Notes: generated from the letters alone by a model not told the origin. Counted from the first letter of the stretch, positions 35,900 to 49,924 are shown. The stretch is 64,000 nt of DNA from Anthoceros angustus (GCA_010909165.1 MU008207.1:301983-365982); one strand, 5' to 3'. A program made the numbers and translations.

Positions 35900-38800
35900 G
35901 CCACTACGACCAAAATCAAAACACACGCGATTACAACCAAGGCCTACCTATCAAAACCTTATAGCCTAAATCAAACCGGCCGCATCACAATGTAGGTAAG
36001 ATGGAAGGTGAGTCCCCAATCTGTGCCTCGACCCCCAGTGGCTTTCTCCTTGTGTCGGCCATCCGTAAAAATACTCGGGCGGGTGAAACTCGGTGAACCG
36101 AGTTGATGAGCCGTCTCCTCCGTCATCAAGTTGACTCCTGATCCCGAATCTAATGGCACGTCGGGCACCAAACACCCCGCAATCTCAACCTCAATCTCGG
36201 GTGCCCCAAAATCAACGAGTTCGACCACATTTACCTCCGCCGATCGATTTCTCCCTCCTACTGCTTCAGGGATTCCCCTGATCGCCTCCTTCACAATTTT
36301 GCGGGATCTTGGACTTACCGCAAGCAATCGGGATCGACCACAAATTCGGTCAAGTAATGCGTCGCTGAGATTTTATCGACAAGGTTTCCTCCCGCTTGCC
36401 ACGGTCGACTCCGACCTTATTGGTAAAGTTTCCGATTCCATGACCCTCCTATCGGTGGGTTCCCATACCCGGATCAATTCGGCTCTGCGACCCCGCTTTC
36501 CCGTGTCGGGTGAGCTGTTTAATTCATCTTCCGATTGCCGCTACTTCTCGACTAATGTCGGGAGGAAGCGTTCGTTCCTCCCCTCCTTTGGCCTTCTGCG
36601 CCCCGCCTACCGAGGTAGTGCCTCTTTGGGGTGCCGGACTACCGGGTAGTCTGCCCGCCTGGGGGTGGCCGCTCCTTCTGCCTCACGCCGCGCGTCTCCG
36701 GAGGCCATGGTGAGTCATCCCTCACCTTCCTCCGCTTCCTCGTGCTCACGCCTGCTTTTCCGCATCGGCCTCTCGACCGATCCGGTGGTCACCTTGGCCA
36801 CCATCAACCTTTCATCCGCACTCTCTCCTTCATCCTTCCTCCACGATCCGATGTCACGATCGTCGAGGAATCACTCCGCCTCCACCTTCAGACCGTGTGG
36901 TCACGATGCGGTTTCGTGTTGGGTCGTGCCTCTTCCGCTGCAGCTCGTGAACGACTGGTCGCTGGTGTCACTCGCCACCCCGTGCACCGGATCCCCATTT
37001 TATGTCCCAATTCCTTACATACCGCAAAAGGGTACATAACCCACTTGCTTCCGTGGTTACGGGCATTCGTTTGAGTAGTGACCGGGCTCCGCAATTATAA
37101 CAACACCCCGTGGAATTGCCATCGGCCTGTGATGGATCCGGTCTCCATTGTCCGGCGATGTCGGTCGTGATCCATACCTTGAGGGATCGGTGTTGGTAAG
37201 TCGCCTCCCCGCCCGGAGCTGTTCCTCTTCGGCGCTGAACACGGCGTCTCGGAGGCCATGGTGAGTCATCCTCACCTTCCTCCGCTTCCTTTCCTCATGC
37301 GCCCGTGCTCGTCGCCCTTTCGCGACGGCCGACCGTGGTGGTCACCTTGGCCACCATCAACCTTTCATCCGCTCATTTCTCCCTCCTTCCTTCCTCCACG
37401 ATCCGATGTCACATCAATCCTCGAGGAATCACTCCGCCTCCACCTTCAACACCGGTGTTGTGGTCACGGTAATTGCGGTTTCAGTGTTGGGTCGTGCCTC
37501 TTCCGCTGCAGGCTCGAACGACTCGGTCGTCTGGTGTCACTCGCCACCCCTGCATCCGGGATCCCCATTTTATGTCCCAATTCCTTACATACCTGGCAAA
37601 AGGGTACATAACCTACTTGCTTCGTGGTTACGGGCATTCGTTTGAGTAGTGACACGGGCTCCGCAATTGTAACAACATGTGGAATTGCCATCGGCCTGTG
37701 ATGGATCCGGTCTCCATTGTCTGGCGATGTCGGACGTGAGCCATACCTTGAGGCGGTGTGGGTTGGTAAGTCGCCTCATTGATTGAGGTGGTCGACTTCG
37801 GTGACCGTACGCCTGCCCATCCATACCAATAATCTCCGGCATAACGGTTTCCACATGATTTACGCATGTCGCGGTGCGAATACATTCGGTTGGTGTGTCC
37901 CGTTTGATGACATTGAGCAATACACCAAGCCTCGCGGTGAAGGAGATCTTCGTGGAGCTTGATTCTTCACGCCTTGACCTCCAACTCGGTCAATCTTGGT
38001 CAAAGCCTCCACTTGTCCGAATCCCTCCTCCTGCAGACGTTTCTCCCTTCTCCATCCGACGGACCGTCTTCCCTTCCTCTCCTTCTCCAATGCGCGTTCC
38101 GCCTCTTCTTGTCGTTTTTGACCTTCTCGGTCCTTCCTCATTCGTCGTTCGTAGGCCTTCTCGATTCCTCATCCGATGTGGAGCTTTCGAGTTCCGTGTC
38201 CTCACTTTCGATGAAGAGGCGACTGGAGGAGGTAGAGGAAGACGAGGAGCTAGATCTCCTCGATCCTTTCCTCTTCTTATGACTCGCCTCTTCTTCCTCC
38301 TTCTCCCAACTCGGACTCCCATTCCTCGTAAGCGGAGGCCCCGCCAACGTCTTCGTCCACGCTGCAGTGTACCTCCATTTTCGTGACAAGCCACTCACAA
38401 ACCAATCCAACGCTTGTTCTTGTGAGTACCCAGTGGGTGGATCTCCCTCTCGGGTGCACATTTGAACCCGATCCGGATATCCATAAAACCTCTCCACATA
38501 ATCGAACAAAGATTCTCGTTTCTTCCTTGAGGGTTCTCAACTTGGCCAAAGTGTGGTGTGCGAGCCCTGAACCGATTCAAGAAGGCCGCTTTGAGAGCTT
38601 CCCAATCTTGGCGCCACCGCATTAGATTAATTATACCACCATGCATGCCCTCTCGATCCGGAAAGATGCGCTGATCGGCGACTCCATCCTCCAAATTAGC
38701 GTGGGAGACGTGCTCGAAAGTTCTTACAACGCCTCGCATCATCTCCCTTCTTCTTCTCGCCGAATTTGACGTATTCGGGCGGCTGTGGGCCTCCTCCTCC

Positions 38801-39000
38801 ACCAACTCCACTCATGTTGCTGTCGCCTGCCCCAACACTCCTCTCGCCGGTAACAGGAAACAAATCGGGATCCTTGAGGAAATCTTCTACCAAGGAGTAG
38901 CGACCTCCCTCTAGTTCGTCCCAAAGATCATGATCGATTCGATCGAGTTCCGCCAAATCCTCCGACCAAGCTGAAATTCTCCTCGGCGACCTCGTCACCG
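35900..39000 (-). pseudogene. gag: G1 gag and protease (partly duplicated)
   Basis: VPLDSGSGVNLM; zinc knuckles; DWEALKAAFLNRF; QALDWFVSGL. Confidence 0.9.
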
Positions 39001-39526
39001 CTGGGATGAGGTGGTGTCACCGCTTTGAGAAGCGTCGCGGGCGTTCGCGACGGTGCGAAGGTCGTGCTCGGAGGAGCGCCCTTCCTCTGGACACCAATTC
39101 TCTTCCACGACCTCCTTCCTCTCGCCGGTGATCTCGCCTCTTCCTCCTCCAATTCTCCGTCCGTCACCTCGCTTCTTCGAGGTCAAGGCGACTTCCTCCG
39201 CCTCTTCTTCCTCCCGCTCGTAGCGCGGGCGCGGTCTCTTCCTTAGCGGTTTCTTCGTAAGCTCGTAAATCTCTGCGGTGGCGGTGGTGACCTTCGCGTG
39301 TATCTCCCGAGATCGACCCTACCGACATCCGCAACCATCCTCATGTCCTCCAACCCATGTTAAGGAAGCAACCCACACCCCTTAGTGTCTCAACCATTCA
39401 CCCCTATGACAACTTAGGCAGCGCGAAATTCCTTCTTCTCACCCTATGGTCGACTCTCAGTCCCTTTGAAAAACATTCTGCAGCCTAGCGATGGAAACCA
39501 CAAAACTTCAAACTTTCAGCAACAAG

Positions 39527-39544
39527 TCCCCGGCAACGGCGCCA
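39527..39544 (-). promoter_or_regulatory. G1 primer binding site (second, degraded copy at 40673-40687)
   Basis: Reverse complement TGGCGCCGTTGCCGGGGA adjoining the LTR end. Confidence 0.9.
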
Positions 39545-40691
39545 AAAATGTGGTAGGGAAAACCCGGGGCACTCCCGAGGTCCTCCCACTATAGCGGCCA
39601 CACTTATCCCACTGTCGCTTCGTACGTTGGGTTTCGTCCCATGAGACTTGTGTGAAAGTTCGAGGTCTTGTGATCTCTCGCCACCGCAGACACACTTCTC
39701 CCTTCTAAACAAGCAAGGCGCCTTAAGAGCTTCCCAATCCGTCGGCCGAATTATATGCGTACCACCGCGCATGCCCTCTCAGTCCGGAAAGATGCGAGTC
39801 GGCGACTCCATCCTCCAAATTAGCGTGGGAGACGTGCTCAAAGTTCTTACAACGCCTCGCATCATCTCCCTTCTTCTTCTCCGAATTTGACGTATTGGCG
39901 ACTATGAAGTTGGGGCCTCCTCCTCCACCAACTCCACTCATGTTGCTCGTTCGAGTGTCCACGCTGGACCAACACTCTCGCCGGGTAGGAAACAAATCGG
40001 GATCCTTGAGCACGAAAATCTTCTACCGAAAGGGAGTAGCGACCTCTAGTTCGTCCCAAAGATCAATCGATCGCGATTCGATCGAGTCGTTCCGCCAAAT
40101 CCTCCGAGCCCGAAACTCCGCTCGGCGACCTCGCCACCGCTGTCGGGAAGATGAGGTGGTGCCACCGCTTTGAGAAGCAAAGCGCGGGCGTTCGCGTGGG
40201 GAAGGCAACTCGTGCTCGGAGGCGCCCTTCCTCGCCACCGGACACCAGCTTCTCTTCACGACCTCCTTCCTCTCGGCCGGTGATCTCCGCCTCTTCCTCC
40301 TTCTCTCTCTCCGTCGCACCTCCGTCGCCTTCCGGGTCAAGGCGACTTCCTCCGCCACTGTCTCTACTTCCTCCGCCTCGAGTGGCGGCGGTCTCTTCCT
40401 TAGCTTTTCTTAAAGCTCGTAAATCTCGCGTGACGGGTGACCTTCCGTGTATCTCCCGAGATCGACCCCTACCGACATCGCAACCATCCTCATGTCCTCC
40501 AACCCAGGTGTTAAGAAGGAAGCAAATCACACCCCTTAGTGTCTCAACCATTCACCCCTATGACAACTTAGGCGTGAAATTCCTTCTCACCCCTATGGTC
40601 GACCTCGGTCCCTTTGAAAACATGCTGCCCCTAGCGATGGAAACCACAAAACTTCAACCTTTCAACAACAAATCCCGACGGGCGCCAAAAA

Positions 40692-43600
40692 TGTGGTAGG
40701 GAGAACCGGGGCACTCAGGTCCTCCCACTATAGCGGCCACACTTATCCCACTGCCGTCAGACGTTGGGTTTCGTCCCATGAGACTTGTGTGAAAGTTCGA
40801 GGCCTTGTGCACCACCGATGACACACTCTCACCTTCTAAACAAGCAAGGCGCCTCTACTCTCCCTCTCACGCACTCTTGCACCGCTTGAAAATCGCCAAC
40901 CCTCGACCCACAACGACACAAAACAATCAGGTCCCGCCTCGGAAGGAGCCTACCACGGGCGCCGGGACCCCTGTTCACACCGCGATTTCGTCCCTACTTC
41001 TAAGACCAAACCGACCTACAACGACACAACACAATTGCGGTCCCGCCTCGGAAGGAGCCTACCACGGGCGCCGGGACCCCAGTTCACACCGCGATTCGTC
41101 CCTACTTCTAAGACCAAACTGACCTACAACGACACAACACAATTGCGGTCCCGCCTCGGAAGGAGCCTACCACGGGCGCCAGGACCCCAGTTCACACCGC
41201 GATTTCGTCCCTACTTCTAAGACCAAACTTCTCCACTCGGGAGCTCTTGCTTTGGGATTTGGGATTCGTCCCTTAGGCTCGCTGTGGCCTTCCACTAACA
41301 CCTACACCTCTAATCCTCTACTCATCTTCTCATCTCCTCATCCTCTTCCTCCTAGTTCTAACCTCGGTTCGGGCTTCGGTTTCGACTCGCCCTTGCACAA
41401 CCGCCTGGGTCCGCCTCCACCAGAAGTTCTTCCTTGGGCGGTTGCTATGAGTTTGACACCAGAGAACCTCCGGAGTCTTTCCTGTAGTCTACCCTCAAGC
41501 CGAGAGTTCTCCGGCATTTGCCACACACCCAAAGCAAAGCAATTTCACGCAACCATTCACAAGGGGAGCAACTCGTTTAGGCACTTGCGAGCAAGTCCTC
41601 CACCAAGCACTCCGACCACCGCGACTTCCTCTCTACGAGACGTGTTGGCTCACGACGAAATTCCTCTGTAATGGCAAAGGACTCGATGAGCGTGGAAGCG
41701 CAAGACATGATACTTTACTTTGTGAAATCCTCCTCCTCTTATAGGAGGCCTTCCACATACAACCTCCCTTAGGTGACCCTCTGCAGTCACCTTTTCCAAT
41801 TTTCTATTATTTCCTACCACATTTAATGTCGGCACCTAAGTCTATTGCGATCCTTGGTAAATTCTATTCTAGTAACTTCACCTAAGACCATCCTTGAAGG
41901 ATGTGTTACACCACCTATCCTTCCTTCTTCCTAGCTCATTTATGGTCATTGACCATTCTTAGTCTTATCTCACTGGGTGGTGACATGGCCCTTGGTGGAT
42001 TGGCTCCCTCGCCTCCTTTGCTCTTGCCCTTCCCGGATCTTGTCGCTTCCTAATGTGTGGGGCAAGTACAATCCCTTCCTCCATCTCATGGGGCGGCGCC
42101 TAAAGTTCCTCTATCTTCCATCGCGGCCCCGCGCACCTAGGCGCCTTTTCTCCGCCTGGTCGCGCCCGTTCATCGCACCCTACCGCGGTAGTGGCGGACT
42201 ACCGTGGTAGGTGACTACCTACCATGGTAGTCGCCCTATCTCCTTCTTCTCCTTCCTCCATGGTGATGTCTCGGGGTGAGTTCCTTTTGCTCCTTCCTTT
42301 GTTTGGTTTGTCCATACCTATCAGAGCATGTCTTCAAAGAATCTTCCCCATTCGTGACCAATGTTGCTACTAACTCTCGGGCCTTCTTGCGTTGGTCTCC
42401 TCCTCTGGCTCCTCCCTTATCCGGGAGGGAACTTCTCACCCTCCCCTTCCTCGTGGTGGACCCGTCCTTAGTCTCCTCCGGTGGGGTTGTCTCTCCACCA
42501 CCCCAACTGCTCCTCCGGGGTATACTACGGACCCCGGCTCCTTCATCCTCGGCCAGCCTCGCGGCCCCGACTCCCAGCCTCTCCACGGCACTGCCACTAC
42601 CGTGGTAGGTGACTACCTACCATGGTAGGTGACTACCTACCATGGTAGTCCGCCTACCTACCATGGTAGGTGGTCACCCACCGGTAGGTTGACCCCGGAG
42701 GTGGGCTTTCCCCTCCTCCTCCTCGCGCCACCTTCTACCTTTGGCGCTCACGGCCTCCCGACTCGATTCCTGAGTCCATTTCGATGGCCTCATCAAAATC
42801 GGAGGCCTCTGCTGCACTGTGCTCCTTCATCATCATCATGAGGACCCAATGTCCTCCTCTTGGCCAAACGCAAGATCTCATTGTTGGCCTTCAAAATTCT
42901 ATTGTGGAGGTGGGCCCCAAGCTATGATATTGCATTTGGAGATCATCAATCTCCGTGGGCCACTCTCCATCTTCACACCTACCTTTGTAGGCGTCCCTTG
43001 AGGTGGTCAATTCCCCACCTTGACATGGAGGTCACATTCTCCTCCCTTGCTTCCTTGCTGGCCAATTTTGCTCAAGGGCATAATCCAAAACCTTCGCTTC
43101 CTTACTACCAAGATTCTATGTACCACTTTCTTGTGGTACTCCTCCGGACCTTTTCCTTCCAAGTCCTCTATTCGTTGAGCAAGCCCTTCCTCCGCTTGCA
43201 AGCATCTTTCTCGCCCGCTCTGTAGTTTTTGAATTTCCAGCTGGCGCTTCTCTTCCAAACTAAACCGGGCTCTTCTCAACTCTTCCTTCATGTCCGGATC
43301 TGGATGGCTTGTAGCCATCACTGCTTCGGCCCATTCTGGACCGCTACCTTCTCCTTCCGAGCCTCTGTTTTGCCCCTTCGCTCTTGCTCTAATTGGGCAA
43401 AATGCTCCTCCGCCGTCTCCATGAGTCTCGTTGGGTGGTTGCTCGGATGGCTCTTTCTTTGAGCCAACCTCCCTCCAAGACCTTCTCATCCATAAGGTCG
43501 TTGGAGCTTCTCCACCTTTTCCAGCCTTTTCGGACTCCATGGCCTCCAATTGCCATTTGGTCCTGCCTTCCTCCGGCCATGTCTTGAGATTTCACTTCCT

Positions 43601-46600
43601 CTTGGCATGCCCACAAGGAGGCTAGCTCCTAGCCTTCAAATCCACACTGAGTGCTTCACAAGCACCCGAATTCTCCTAGGGGTCCTAATTCCACCTTCTT
43701 CTTCTTGGAAATCTCCAGCTCTCCTGACCTCTCGGGCCATCGCGGCCCCTTCACTGTCGCTCCATCCGCCTCCCACCGCGGAAGATGGTGGTTTCGGCGC
43801 GCGCGGCCGCTTCTCCTTCCCTTCCCCGCCAGAGGGCTGTTTGCTGGCGTGGGGTGCCCGCCACCAGGCTGCTCCCCACGGCGGGTAGTCCGCCTACCAT
43901 GGTAGGTGACGCCTACCACGGTAGGCTGCCCACCCCTTGGGTAGACCGCCTCCCGGTAGCCTCTCTCGTAGGCACAAAGGAGATGGTGGGGACTCCCCAC
44001 TCGGGCTGTCACCCTCCCGTGGTCCTTCTCTCATAGACCACCATCCGGCCTTCTCGGCCGCTTGCTCTTCTTCCCTTGTTTGGTTTGTCCATACCTATCA
44101 GAGCATGTCTTCAAAGAATCTTCCATCTTGTGCTACTAACTCTCGGGCCTTCTTGCGTTGGTCTCCTCGGGCCTGGCTCCTCCCTTATCCGTGGGGCGAG
44201 GGAACTTCTCACCCTCCCCTTCCTCGGCGGTGGACCCGTCCTTAGTCTCCTCGGTGGGGTTGTCTCTCCCACCACCCATGCTCCTCCGGGGTATACTCGG
44301 ACCCCGGCTCCTTCATCCTCGGCCAGCCCGGCTGACTCAACTCTCGCCCACGGGCTGCCCTACCGGTGTCAGCGGACTACCGTGGTAGTCCGCCTACCAC
44401 GGTGGTCTGGCGGACTACCGTGGTAGTGGTGGTTGAGGTGGGCTTTCCCCTCCTTGCTCTGCGCCACCTTCTACCTTTGGCTCTGCGCTCTGTCTCCCGA
44501 CTCCTCATTCCTCGAGTCCATTTCTGATGGCCTCATCAAAATCGGAGGCCTCTGGCTGCACTTTCGCTCCTTCATCATCATCATGAGGACCCAATGTCCT
44601 CCTCTTGGCCAACGCAAGATCTCATTGTTGGCCTTCAAAATTCTATTGTGGAGGTGAGCCCCAAGCTATGATATTGCATTTGGAGATCATCAATCTCGTG
44701 GGCCACTCTCCATCTTCACACCTACCTTTGTAGGCGTCCCTTGAGGTGGTCAATTCCCCACCTTGACATGGAGGTCACATTCTCCTCCTTGCTTCCCTGG
44801 CTGGCCAATTTTGCTGAAGGGCATAATCACCCAAAACCTTCGCTTCCTTACTACGGCATGTACCACTTTCTTGTGGTACTCCTCCTCGGCCTGGCTCCTC
44901 CCTTATCCGTGGGGCGAGGGAACTTCTCACCCTCCCCTTCCTCGACGGTGGACCCGTCCTTAGTCTCCTCCGGGGTTGTCTCTCCACCACCCCACTCCTC
45001 CAGGGGTATACTACGGACCCCGGCTCCTTCATCCTCGGCCAGCCTCGCGGCCCCGACTCCCAGCCTCTCCACGGCACTGCCACTACCGTGGTAGGTGACT
45101 ACCTACCATGGTAGGTGACTACCTACCATGGTAGTCCGCCTACCTACCATGGTAGGTGGTCACCCACCGGTAGGTTGACCCCGGAGGTGGGCTTTCCCCT
45201 CCTCCTCCTCGCGCCACCTTCTACCTTTGGCGCTCACGGCCTCCCGACTCGATTCCTGAGTCCATTTCGATGGCCTCATCAAAATCGGAGGCCTCTGCTG
45301 CACTGTGCTCCTTCATCATCATCATGAGGACCCAATGTCCTCCTCTTGGCCAAACGCAAGATCTCATTGTTGGCCTTCAAAATTCTATTGTGGAGGTGGG
45401 CCCCAAGCTATGATATTGCATTTGGAGATCATCAATCTCCGTGGGCCACTCTCCATCTTCACACCTACCTTTGTAGGCGTCCCTTGAGGTGGTCAATTCC
45501 CCACCTTGACATGGAGGTCACATTCTCCTCCCTTGCTTCCTTGCTGGCCAATTTTGCTCAAGGGCATAATCCAAAACCTTCGCTTCCTTACTACCAAGAT
45601 TCTATGTACCACTTTCTTGTGGTACTCCTCCGGACCTTTTCCTTCCAAGTCCTCTATTCGTTGAGCAAGCCCTTCCTCCGCTTGCAAGCATCTTTCTCGC
45701 CCGCTCTGTAGTTTTTGAATTTCCAGCTGGCGCTTCTCTTCCAAACTAAACCGGGCTCTTCTCAACTCTTCCTTCATGTCCGGATCTGGATGGCTTGTAG
45801 CCATCACTGCTTCGGCCCATTCTGGACCGCTACCTTCTCCTTCCGAGCCTCTGTTTTGCCCCTTCGCTCTTGCTCTAATTGGGCAAAATGCTCCTCCGCC
45901 GTCTCCATGAGTCTCGTTGGGTGGTTGCTCGGATGGCTCTTTCTTTGAGCCAACCTCCCTCCAAGACCTTCTCATCCATAAGGTCGTTGGAGCTTCTCCA
46001 CCTTTTCCAGCCTTTTCGGACTCCATGGCCTCCAATTGCCATTTGGTCCCCGCCTCCCGGCCATGTCTTGAGATTTCACTTCCTCTTGGCATGCCCACAA
46101 GGAGGCTAGCTCCTAGCCTTCAAATCCACACTGAGTGCTTCACAAGCACCCGAATTCTCCTAGGGGTCCTAATTCCACCTTCTTCTTCTTGGAAATCTCC
46201 AGCTCTCCTGACCTCTCGGGCCATCCGCGGCCCCTTCACTGTCGCTCCATCCGCCTCCCACCGCGGAAGATGGTGGTTTCGGCGCGCGCGGCCGCTTCTC
46301 CTTCCCTTCCCCGCCAGAGGGCTGTTTGCTGGCGTGGGGTGCCCGCCACCAGGCTGCTCCCCACCGGGTAGTCCGCCTACCATGGTAGGTGACGCCTACC
46401 ACGGTAGGCTGCCCACCCCTTGGGTAGACCGCCTCCCGGTAGCCTCTCTCGTAGGCACAAAGGAGATGGTGGGGACTCCCCACTCTGGGGTCACCCTCCC
46501 GTGGTCCTTCTCTCATAGACCACCATCCGGCCTTCATCCTCGAGCCTCGGCGACCCCTCAGCCTCAGCGCCACGGCACTGCTACCCCTAGTCCGCACTAC

Positions 46601-49600
46601 CACAGTGAGCCACCACGTAGTGGCAGACTACCGTGGTAGGTGGTCACCCACCGTGGTAGGTTGACCCCGGAGGTGGGCTTTCCCCCCTCTCTCTCTGCGC
46701 CACCTTCCACCTTTGGCGCCACGGCCGCTCCTTCCTCCCGACTCCTCATTCCTCGAGTCCATTTCGATGGCCTCATCAAAATCGGAGGCCTCACGCACTT
46801 GCAGCTCCTTCATCATCATCATGAGGACCCAATGTCCTCCTCTTGGCCAAACGCAAGATCTCATTGTTGGCCTTCAAAATTCTATTGTGGAGGTGAGCCC
46901 CAAGCTATGATATTGCATTTGGAGATCATCAATCTCCGTGGCCACTCTCCATCTTCACACCTACCTTTGTAGGCGTCCCTTGAGGTGGTCAATTCCCCAC
47001 CTTGACATGGAGGGTCACATTCTCCTCCTTGCTTCCTTTATTGGCCAATTTTGCACGAAGGGCATAATCCCAAAACCTTCTTCCTTACTACCAAGATTCT
47101 ATGTACCACCTTCTTGTGGCCTCCTCCTGGACCTCCTTCCAAGTCCTCTATTCGTTGAGCAAGCCCTTCCCTCTCCGCTTGCCAAGCATCTTTCTCGCGC
47201 TCCAGCTCTAGTTCTGGTTTTGAATTTCCAGCTCGGAGCGCTTCTCTCCAAACTAAACCGGGCTCTTCTCAACTCTTCCTTCATGTCCCGGATCTGATGG
47301 CTTGGTAGCCATCACTGCTCATGCGTCCACTGGACCGCTACCTTCTCCTTCCGAGAGCCTCTGTTTTGCCCTTTCGCTCTTGCTCTAATTGGGCAAAATG
47401 CTCCGCCTTGCCTCCATGAATCCTGGTTGCTCGAATGGCTCTTTCTTGGTTTGACAACCTTCCTCCAAGACCTTCTCCTCCGCCATCCATAAGGTCGCTG
47501 GAGCTTCTCCTGACCTTTTCCAATTGGCTGCCTTTTCTCGGACTCCATGGCCTCCAATTGCCATTTAGTCCTGCCTTCCTCCGGCCATGTCTTGAGATTT
47601 CACTTCCTCTTGGCATGCCCACAAGGAAGCTGCTAGTCCCTAGCCTTCAAATCCACACTGAGTGCTTCACAAGCACCCAGAATTCTCCTAGGGGTCCTAA
47701 TTCCACCCCTTCTTCTTCTTGGAAATCTCCAGCCTCTCCATCCGTGGGCGCTGGTCCTTCACTGTCGCTCCATCCGCCTCCCACCGCGGAGATGGTGGTG
47801 GCGCCGCCGCGCACCTCGCGCTTCTCCTTCCCTTCCCCGCCAGTGGCTGTTTGCTGGCGTGGGGTGCCCGCTACCGCGGTAGGCTGCTCCCCACCGGTAG
47901 TCTACCTACCATGGTGGTCGACGCCTACCACGGTAGGCTGCCCACCCCTTGGGTAGACCGCCTCACCGGGTAGTCTGCAGGTGCCTCTCGTAGGCACAAA
48001 GGAGATGGTGGGGACTCCCCACTCTGGTCACCCTCCGTGGTCCTTCTCTCATAGACCACCATCCGGCCTTCTCGGCCGCTTGCTCTTCTTCCCTTGCTTG
48101 CTCTGTGGGAAAGGATTCCCACGCAACTTTGTTGCCTCCAACCTTCTCCTCTTGCCTCTAGCATTTTGTGGAGGTCGACCTCCCACCGTCTTCGCAATGC
48201 AAAGGCAAAGGCCTTTCCAACCTCGGAGATGGATGACCTCAAAGGGATGCCATGCATCTTCAAGCTCCTTGCTTGTGAGAGTCCCTCGGTTTCCCATAAA
48301 TGCACCAAATAGGTGCTAAGATAGGGGCCTTGGCCTTCCTCATCCACCGAATTTGGCTTGAGGAGCTTCTCTCGATGGTGTATGTACGCTTCATACATGA
48401 TAGTCCCCAATCCGGCTTGGCTCCCATGGAAATCTTCCACAAAATTGGAGGAAGTTGGTGCTTTGAAATAAGAGTGCGTTGGTAATTTACCAACCCCAGA
48501 CAATCTTTGCGAAGAGCCTCCACTTGACTCCTTGATGCTCTCGGTCTTCCACCATTCTTGGCGTGGGCCTTCACCTCCATCCATCATGTCAAGGAACTCT
48601 GCGGATGTCGGAGGGTCCTCTTCCTCCATTCGACCTTTCGAGGAGAGCAAGAGCTCTCTTCCTCCGGTCTTCCATACACTGAATACTTGACCGCCCAGCG
48701 GATCCGTCCGAGCATTCCTCCGGTGCGGCGGCTTCGATTGATGGAGGTTGATGTAACACTCCTCAATCAATTCCAAATTGGTGTAGGCCCATTGGCGGCC
48801 ATACACCCACCCAAGTTGGATGTTCTCCTCCTCGCCGAAAATCAACCAAATCTCGGGGTTGAGCTGCCCAAAGAAAGCAAGTGAATTGAGGCATCTCGAC
48901 CTCACCTCCCCGGTGGCGCAGTTCGCTTTTCCTTTCCTCCTCGCGAGGAGGAGCCTTGCGTGGCTCCTTCCCTTGCCTTTCCCAGCTCGAGGCATGGTGG
49001 CGTCGCTTCCCAAACGCTTACAAGGAAGGAAATTACTCTCCAATTTGATCGAGGCTCGCTCACTTCTTCACCAAACACCACTTCCAATCCACAATTCAGC
49101 GGCCACGTCCTCCGTTGTCGCCAATTCCCTCGCTCCTTCTGTGGCCCGCCTGGGTGGTCGTGATCCTTCCTCTTTACTCTCAATTTCTTCAACTGCCCGC
49201 CCCAACCTCGCTCCGCTTCTCCTTGATGCTCTCGGTCTTCCACCCCTTGGGTAGACCGCCTCCTTTCTTCCTCCGGTCTTCCACCCCTTGGGTAGACCGC
49301 CTCCTTTCTTCCTCACTGGGTTTTCCTTCTCGCGCGCGCCTCCTTTCTTCCTCCTCGCCTTGCGCGGGTGGATGGCTTTCCCTTCCTCTTGCTCTTACGC
49401 TCTCCCGCCTCCTGAGTTTACCTCGAAGGAAGTGGCGGCCGCCCAAACGCACTTTGCCTCTTGGATGCCACCACGGTGCACAACCCTAGATTGGATTCAT
49501 CATTCCAAAATCCTAATTCTACCTATTTTCCTATCCTCCGCTATTCCTAATTAATCGCTCTAATTACTCTATATATTATTCCCTATTGATGAGCATATAT

Positions 49601-49924
49601 AGTGGATATCCCTATATTCATTTTTTAGCCGAGATTCACACCACCGCTGTAGTCCGCCTACCACGGTAGTCCGCTTTTCTCACCATCGGTGGTGTGGCAC
49701 CACCACGTAGTCCGCCACCTACCAACCTTTGACCGCCTCCGCTGGGGTCATTTCGACCCATTCTTTCCCGGGATATCCTTTTCCTCTCCTAACAATATCC
49801 TACAACTCCAGCTTCAAGATTCTCAAAATTTTCTGCATGCTCCTCTTCAATCGTTTAGCCAAAAAAATCAAACTTGTTCGTCTTGGCTCTTTTGGGCTGG
49901 TTGCCCAAACTTTTATGTTCCATC
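40692..49924 (-). repeat. G1 5' LTR (9.2 kb as assembled, inflated by internal duplications)
   Basis: tgtggtaggg start and gttcca end; 42480-44050 recurs at an offset of about 2486. Confidence 0.85.
47925..49450 (-). pseudogene. Second copy of the G1 LTR-internal ORF
   Basis: 372 aa ORF 47925-49043 with NLELIEECYINL and YLSTYLVHLWETEGL. Confidence 0.68.

Larger units (their letters stand above)
24979..49924 (-). mobile_element. Athila-like Gypsy element G1 with giant LTRs
   Basis: PBS TGGCGCCGTTGCCGGGGA (tRNA-Asp type); RT motif FMEVFLDDF; order gag-PR-RT-RH-INT; no chromodomain seen; PPT 30591-30603; no clean TSD. Confidence 0.9.
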
